DNA of 64,000 nucleotides, taken from assembly GCA_963708075.1 (NCBI GenBank), contig OY970194.1, positions 3,072,001 through 3,136,000 on the forward strand, in the 5' to 3' direction. The position numbers and the translations under genes are program-made. Position 1 is the stretch's first letter, and every line of letters starts with the position of its first letter. Below are positions 58,490 to 64,000 of this stretch, in pieces. The notes under the pieces were generated by a model, which saw only the letters and a list, made by a program, of their open reading frames with translations, ran no database searches and was not told where the DNA came from. Source of the stretch: Sedimentisphaerales bacterium (GTDB lineage Bacteria > Planctomycetota > Phycisphaerae > Sedimentisphaerales > Anaerobacaceae).

Positions 58490-60172
58490 ATGCTTGTACG
58501 TAATTGGCCAATGATCCTCATGCTCACGTTATCCGCAGCCCCGCATGCAGGAGCCAGACTTGTGCACGTGACCCAAAAGCCGCTCGCCGGCATACCCTCC
58601 GACAGCCAGGTGGGGACAATCGGCGAGGCCGTCGCGCAACTCCAGCCCGGCGACACCGTGTTGATCCACAGCGGCATCTATCGCGAGAGAGTCACCATCG
58701 ACAAGAGTGGCGACCCGAATAAGCCCATCGCCATCCGGGCCGCCGAGGGGGAACATATCATCCTCACCGGCGCTGACCGCATCACGGACTGGTCCCCCGT
58801 GCAAGGCGACGACCGAGTGTACACGACGCCCTGGCCGCACAAGTTCGTCGCGTGGAATAAGAGCCAGGCCCATCCCGACGACGACTACCACCGGCTTATC
58901 GGACGCTGCGAGCAGGTCTTCATCGACGGCTACCCGCTCCACCAGGTCCTCGACCGAGACAAGCTCAGTCGCGGCACGTTCTTCGCTGACACGGATGCCC
59001 GGCTTCTCTATGTCCAGCCCACTGGCAACCAGGACATCACCGGCGACAAGGCCTTGGTGGAGGCCTCCACTCGCGAGTGGATCCTTACCGTCAAAGGCAG
59101 CTACGTCACCATCAAGGGCATCCGTTTTCGCTATGCCGCCAACCATGCTCAACAAGGCGCCGTCGAGTTCTCCGGCAGTCACGTCATCGTGGAGGACTGC
59201 ATCTTCGAATACACCAACGCCAGCGGGGCCGAGTTCACGGGCCCGGACATCACAATCCGCAATTGCACCTTTCAGCACAACGGCCAACTAGGTTTCGGGG
59301 CCAACCACGCCCACCGGCTGCGGATGACAGGTTGCACCATTCGGGGCAACAGCACCAAGGGCTTCGATCGCGGCTGGGAGGCCGGCGGCAATAAGATCTG
59401 TATGACGCGCGGTGCCGTCCTGGAAGACAGCACCTTCATCGAGAACCGCGGCAACGGCATCTGGTTCGACATCGGCAACGAGGATTGCGAAGTCCGCAAC
59501 TGCCTGATCGCCCACAATGAGAACGCCGGCATTTTCTATGAGATTTCCTATGGCCTGCACGCTCACGACAACGTCATCATCGGCAACGGATTCGCCTTCA
59601 CTCCCGGGGCCTGGGGCGCCGCTGCCGGGATCAGCATCTCCAGCTCGCCCTTCTGCACCATCGAGCGAAACCTGATCCTCGGCAACAAGGAGGGCTTCAA
59701 CTTCCGCGAACAGGCGCGCACCACCCCGCGCATCGACGGCAAATCCGAGCCCGTCTGGAACCATGATGGGATCGTTCGCAGTAATGTCCTCGCCTGGAAC
59801 CGCGATGCCCAGGTCTGGGGCTGGTTCGACGTCCCCGACGAACGCCACTGGCCCAAGTCGATGCAGTCAGCTCCGCCGGCGGGCCTGTCACTCGAAGACC
59901 TGAAGCTGACGTTCAAGGGAAATCTGTACTGCCCCGGTCCCGGGCAGGACCTGTTCAACTGGGGCGTCACATGGAAGAAGAACAAGAGATACGAGGGTCT
60001 CGACGCCGTACAGCAAGAGTTATCCTTGGACGGGGGCAGCAAGGTCGCAGAATTACACTTGGAGGATTACTCCGCACTCGATCTGCGAGTCCCACCCGAC
60101 AGCACAGCGGTCATCATGGGCTGCTACCCGCAGGGGACTGTGCCGGGCGTGCGACTCGGAATCCTTCCGTGA
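58490..60172 (+). CDS. Secreted right-handed parallel beta-helix (pectin-lyase fold) protein
   Basis: TI.EAV..LQPGDTVLIHSG.YRE; NRGNGIWFD..N; AGIFYEIS; Asn-ladder repeats; RBS AGGAG. Confidence 0.85.
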   Translation: MLVRNWPMILMLTLSAAPHAGARLVHVTQKPLAGIPSDSQVGTIGEAVAQLQPGDTVLIHSGIYRERVTIDKSGDPNKPIAIRAAEGEHIILTGADRITDWSPVQGDDRVYTTPWPHKFVAWNKSQAHPDDDYHRLIGRCEQVFIDGYPLHQVLDRDKLSRGTFFADTDARLLYVQPTGNQDITGDKALVEASTREWILTVKGSYVTIKGIRFRYAANHAQQGAVEFSGSHVIVEDCIFEYTNASGAEFTGPDITIRNCTFQHNGQLGFGANHAHRLRMTGCTIRGNSTKGFDRGWEAGGNKICMTRGAVLEDSTFIENRGNGIWFDIGNEDCEVRNCLIAHNENAGIFYEISYGLHAHDNVIIGNGFAFTPGAWGAAAGISISSSPFCTIERNLILGNKEGFNFREQARTTPRIDGKSEPVWNHDGIVRSNVLAWNRDAQVWGWFDVPDERHWPKSMQSAPPAGLSLEDLKLTFKGNLYCPGPGQDLFNWGVTWKKNKRYEGLDAVQQELSLDGGSKVAELHLEDYSALDLRVPPDSTAVIMGCYPQGTVPGVRLGILP

Positions 60173-60177
60173 CAGAA

Positions 60178-60198
60178 GGTGTGCATAGCACACCCTAC
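60178..60198 (-). repeat. GTAG-family REP-like palindrome between convergent genes
   Basis: Minus strand GTAGGGTGTGCTATGCACACC. Confidence 0.6.
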
Positions 60199-60254
60199 CG
60201 CTAACGCCCGGAATGGTGAGCCATCGCAAGGCCTGCACAGTTCCGGCAGATAGG

Positions 60255-61615
60255 TCAATCGTGTCGCAGGGCGACGACGGGGTCGACTCGGGCGGCGCGG
60301 CGGGTGGGCAGGATGCCGGCGGCGAGGCTGACGAGGATGGAGAATGCGATGGCGCCAAGGCAGAGCCACCAGGGGAAGCTGAAGTACTCCATGTGTGGAG
60401 CGCCTGCCGGGACATTATCACGTTGACGATCGTGTTGATCACCACGCTGACGGCCCAGCCGAGGGTTAGGCCAAGCAGGCCGCCCAGCAGGCCAATCACG
60501 CCGGACTCGAACAAGAAGATCCGCTGCACGTCGCCGTCCGTGGCCCCTACTGCTTTCATGATGCCGATCTCGCGGTAACGCTCCAGGATGGACATGACCA
60601 TCGTGTTGACGATGCCGAGCGAGGCGACCGTGACACCGATCATGCCGACAGCGATCAAGAACATGTCCATGATCAGAAAGCCGATCCGCATCTGGTCCAA
60701 CTGGTCCATCAGGGCCCATGTCCTGAAGCCTCGGGACTCCAGTTCCTTCTTGACAAAGGCAACATCCTTCAGGGATTTGACCTTGACGGTGACCGAGGGG
60801 TAGTTCGCCACATCACCCGCGGGCCGGAAGAAATCCCAGATGCTTGTCAGGGACAGTTTTCGCATTCCGCCGGCCGCCTCGGGGGCAATATATACATCGC
60901 TCATGCCGCCGAAGGGCATCCGCTCGGCCACGCCCGCAATGGTGAAGCGGTAGCTCTCGCGAGCGATGGGCAGGGCTTGTCCGCCCGGCGAGAGGACCAT
61001 CCGCAGCAGGTTGCTAAGGCTGAGATCCAGCGACAATGTGGCAATCTCAATTTGCCGGCCAATGACCTTTGGCAGATCGCTGACATTCAACCGCTGCAGT
61101 AACGCGTCGCTGATGATTAATCCGTTGGGCTCATTCGTGTCGTAGCATCGCCCCGCACGCAGCGACATCGGTCCCGAGCGGCAAATGTCCGCCGACAAGA
61201 CCTGGACCAGCGTCAATTGTTCCTTGTCCCCCAGGCGAATCTGGGCCGGAAAACGCAACTCCGGAAACACAGTCTCCACCCCATCGATCTTCTCCACCTC
61301 CTCCAGGAATTCGCTGTCCAGGCGTGGCGCATTCGCGTCGGCAACTCCACCTTCTTCCGCCCGCCATCCCTCGTCGTCGGGATCCTGATGATGGCGCGGT
61401 TGACGAAGACCGCCGCGAGCGTACACGTTGATGTAGTTGAACAAGTCCAGCTTGTTGAACTGCTCGGTGACGTTCCTCTGGATGCCCTGGCCGAACGCGA
61501 ACATGGAGACCAGCGCCCCGATCCCGATCACGACGCCGGACGTCGTAAGGAACGTGCGCAGCTTCTTCTTTCGCAGATTGCCGCACGCCTGCTCGATGTA
61601 ATCCGCGACCCTCAT
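60255..61615 (-). CDS. ABC transporter permease, MacB/FtsX family (apparent frameshift near 60403)
   Basis: NL...KLRTFLT..GVVIGI; GIVNTMVMSILER.REIGIMKAVGA; the end AGILPTRRAARVDPVVALRHD is in a shifted frame. Confidence 0.9.
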
Positions 61616-62319
61616 GGTTTCGGCCTCAGCGTCTCTCGGTCGATCACAGCCCCGTCCTGCAGGCGAATCATCTCGTGGGCGAACTGGCGCAGCAAATCCT
61701 GCTCATGGGAGATCATCACGATGGTCAAGCCTCGGCTCCTGTTCAGATCGGCCAACGTCTCGACAATCTGGCGGGCCGTCCTGCTGTCGAGGTTGCCCGT
61801 GGGCTCATCCGCCAGAAGAATCTGCGGCTGGTTGACCAGGGCCCTGGCAATCGCCACCCGCTGCTGCTCCCCGCCCGATAGCTCCGTCGGCCGGTGGTCC
61901 CTGCGGGCTTCCAGGCCCACTGTATCCAGCAGTCCTGCGGCACGATGCAGCCGCTCCTTTTTGGCCACACCTGCAAACAGCAGCGGCAGGGCTACGTTCT
62001 CGATGGCGGTGTAGGCGTTCACCAGGTTGAACGACTGAAAGATCATGCCGACCGTGTTGCGGCGATATAGAGCGAGCTCCTTCTTGCTCAAGTCCGAGAT
62101 CAGCCTGCTGGCGACGCAAATGCTCCCCGAGGACGGGGTGTCCAGGCCGCCCAGCAGGTTCATCAAGGTGGATTTGCCCGAGCCGGAGGCGCCGGCAATG
62201 CCGACGAGCTGCCCGCGAGCGATTGACAGAGTCACGCCGCGCAGGGCCGCCACTTCGACGGCCCCGGTGGTGTACGCCTTCGTCAAGTCCTTCGTCTCGA
62301 TGAAACCGTCAGCGTCCAT
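61612..62319 (-). CDS. ABC transporter ATP-binding protein, MacB/LolD family
   Basis: GASGSGKST, FQSFNL, LSGGEQQRVAIARAL, LLADEPTGNLD. Confidence 0.95.
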   Translation of the reverse strand: MDADGFIETKDLTKAYTTGAVEVAALRGVTLSIARGQLVGIAGASGSGKSTLMNLLGGLDTPSSGSICVASRLISDLSKKELALYRRNTVGMIFQSFNLVNAYTAIENVALPLLFAGVAKKERLHRAAGLLDTVGLEARRDHRPTELSGGEQQRVAIARALVNQPQILLADEPTGNLDSRTARQIVETLADLNRSRGLTIVMISHEQDLLRQFAHEMIRLQDGAVIDRETLRPKP

Positions 62320-63121
62320 GCTGGAGAAGAAACTCCTGTAATCCCTTCAAGTCATCGGAATTGAGCAGATCGACGCTCGCTGAGAGCAACTCCCGCCACA
62401 CCGCCTCCCTGCCGGCCGACTGCACGTCCGGCGTCGCCCAGAATCGAACGAGCCTGCCCTTGGCGTGAGCCCTCTGGACGATATCGCTCAGCTTCTGTCG
62501 CTCCTGTGGAGGCATCGGGCCATCCCCCCGCCATGTGAAATGCCTGCTCCATTGGTCGCTGATCAGGGGGATGAGATCGGCCGGAGCATCGGAATCCAGG
62601 TCGGTCAGACGGCCATCATAGCCTGCGTACCGAACGGGCTGCGACCGCATCAACTCCAGCGGCCGGTTCCCCGACACAACCACCAGGACCGCTCCATCCT
62701 TTCGTCCCTGCGAGCCAAAGATGGTCAGTATGCCCCGGTACTCCGCGAGGGTCTCGTGCAGCTTCTGATAGGTCGGCTCGGCGGCGGACTTGATATCAAC
62801 GAACAAGAGAAACCGCGAACCGCCGCGATACACACGGCCCTCATTGGCCTTGACGCGCTGCCGCAGGGGGTCCAGATAGAGCGATTGCAGTGTCCGCTCG
62901 GGCTTGATCTTATCGGCATCGTGGGCCACGCAGAGCTTGTCGCCAACGAGAAACACGTCCGCTTCCACGCTGGTGAAGCCGTGCTCCAGAGCTGTGAGCA
63001 ACGGCGGATCATGAAGATAGTCATTATGGGCATGGGCATGAAGCAGCGGGACGATGCCATCCTGCGGCGGACCGGACTGCATGAAGAGGAGCAACCCGGC
63101 AATATAGATTATCCTGACCAT
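62309..63121 (-). CDS. PI-PLC/glycerophosphodiester phosphodiesterase-fold secreted protein
   Basis: AHAHNDY, AL..GFTSVEADV, L.VAHD, L.VDIK, VRFWATPD; overlaps the ABC ATPase start. Confidence 0.8.
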   Translation of the reverse strand: MVRIIYIAGLLLFMQSGPPQDGIVPLLHAHAHNDYLHDPPLLTALEHGFTSVEADVFLVGDKLCVAHDADKIKPERTLQSLYLDPLRQRVKANEGRVYRGGSRFLLFVDIKSAAEPTYQKLHETLAEYRGILTIFGSQGRKDGAVLVVVSGNRPLELMRSQPVRYAGYDGRLTDLDSDAPADLIPLISDQWSRHFTWRGDGPMPPQERQKLSDIVQRAHAKGRLVRFWATPDVQSAGREAVWRELLSASVDLLNSDDLKGLQEFLLQHGR

Positions 63122-63321
63122 GCACGTACTCCCATCACCATGTTGCCGACAGGCCCGCCACTCTGGCGCCTCCGGCAACACGATACCCGCCCCGCTTCCC
63201 GGCGACAAGAGGCAATTCCGTGACAAAGCGCCGGCGAACTTCCGGCCCAAAAAGGATTTCTTGTGCAATATGCCGACATGGGTTGCACGTCTGTACCTGG
63301 GTCTATAGAATGGGCCGCAAG

Positions 63322-63380
63322 TTTCAAGTGCGACGTTGCTGCTTGAGACCTGAGACTCTGCACTTGGGACTCCAGACTCA
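63322..63380. repeat. Degenerate heptamer repeat tract
   Basis: tttcaagt...cttgagacctgagactctgcacttgggactccagact. Confidence 0.45.
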
Positions 63381-63393
63381 TTGGAGGTCTTCG

Positions 63394-64000
63394 ATGAATC
63401 GGTTAACGCCCCTGCGTATCATCGTCATTGCGATCCTCACTTCCGCCGCGATCTCTCCGCTGTGCCACGCCGACCTCAGAGAGACGGTGATGGTCCCCAT
63501 GCGGGACGGCATCAAGCTGGCGACGGACGTGTACGTCCCGGCAGGCGACGGCCCGTGGCCGGCCATCCTCGTCATGACGCCCTACAGCAGGAAGTCTGTC
63601 GCGTCGTTCGCCCCCGATGTCAACAAGCGGGGCTATGCGCTGGTTTCGCAGGATTTCCGGGGTCGGTTCGACTCCGAGGGCGTCGATTACCCGGTCTTCT
63701 CGCATAACGGCTGGGGCGAGCATCAGGATGGGTACGATACGGTCGAATGGATTGCCGGGCAGAAATGGTCCAATGGCAAAATTGGCGGGTTTGGCATCAG
63801 CGCCCCGGCCTGCGCCCTGAATATGACCGCGCCGAGCCGCCCACCTCACCTGACCTGCTCTTACGTTTCCGTCGCATTCTCCAGCATGTACGCGCAGAGC
63901 GCCTATCCGGGAGGGGCGTTCCTCAAGAGCCTGATCGAAGGCTGGCTCCGGGAGACCAGGCTCAATCCAAAGAATCTCGAATTGATCCGGGCCCACCCGA
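63394..64000 (+). CDS. CocE/NonD family (peptidase S15) hydrolase, truncated by the window end
   Basis: Translated by hand: signal peptide, VMVPMRDGIKLATDVY.P, P.ILVMTPY, QDFRGRFDSEG, DGYDTVEWIA.Q.WSNGKIG.FGIS; RBS GGAGG. Confidence 0.9.
   Translation, partial: MNRLTPLRIIVIAILTSAAISPLCHADLRETVMVPMRDGIKLATDVYVPAGDGPWPAILVMTPYSRKSVASFAPDVNKRGYALVSQDFRGRFDSEGVDYPVFSHNGWGEHQDGYDTVEWIAGQKWSNGKIGGFGISAPACALNMTAPSRPPHLTCSYVSVAFSSMYAQSAYPGGAFLKSLIEGWLRETRLNPKNLELIRAHP

Noticed and set aside
139..61615. Treating hisF, mfd, pepF and the other interrupted genes as pseudogenes or programmed frameshifts
   Set aside because: Each is otherwise intact, with single small indels and no in-frame stops or decay. 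The density fits consensus errors, and I saw no shared slippery heptamer with a downstream structure.

Overview
This is a GC-rich bacterial window. Gene content (LamG-rich secreted proteins, an H-X9-DG-type protein, a PEP-CTERM-like protein, DUF1080, several ECF sigma factors) suggests a planctomycete of the Phycisphaerae/Sedimentisphaerales type; that is an inference. Housekeeping genes are hisF, cimA, a PTS IIA, glgP, mfd, tkt, pepF and an orphan parA. They are interspersed with two ECF sigma/anti-sigma modules, a BlaI/M56 module with a clear operator, and two clusters of large secreted modular proteins. The clusters are a near-identical tandem pair at 1.3-5.2 kb and a five-gene 17 kb array at 40.5-57.8 kb; all seven proteins share one scaffold with a swappable internal module. 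Intergenic DNA is rich in REP-like palindromes, heptamer-repeat hairpins and a 94-bp palindromic element. The most unusual non-coding structure is an array of six exact 16-bp repeats (TTGGCTTTGTTTCGCA) with unique 47-110 bp spacers at 27.0-27.5 kb, with no cas gene in the window. About 12 apparent frameshifts are probably assembly errors; five fall on the same GGTTCTC heptamer. I recognised no rRNA, tRNA, transposase, integrase, reverse transcriptase or cas gene. All family assignments come from motif recognition by eye, not database searches.
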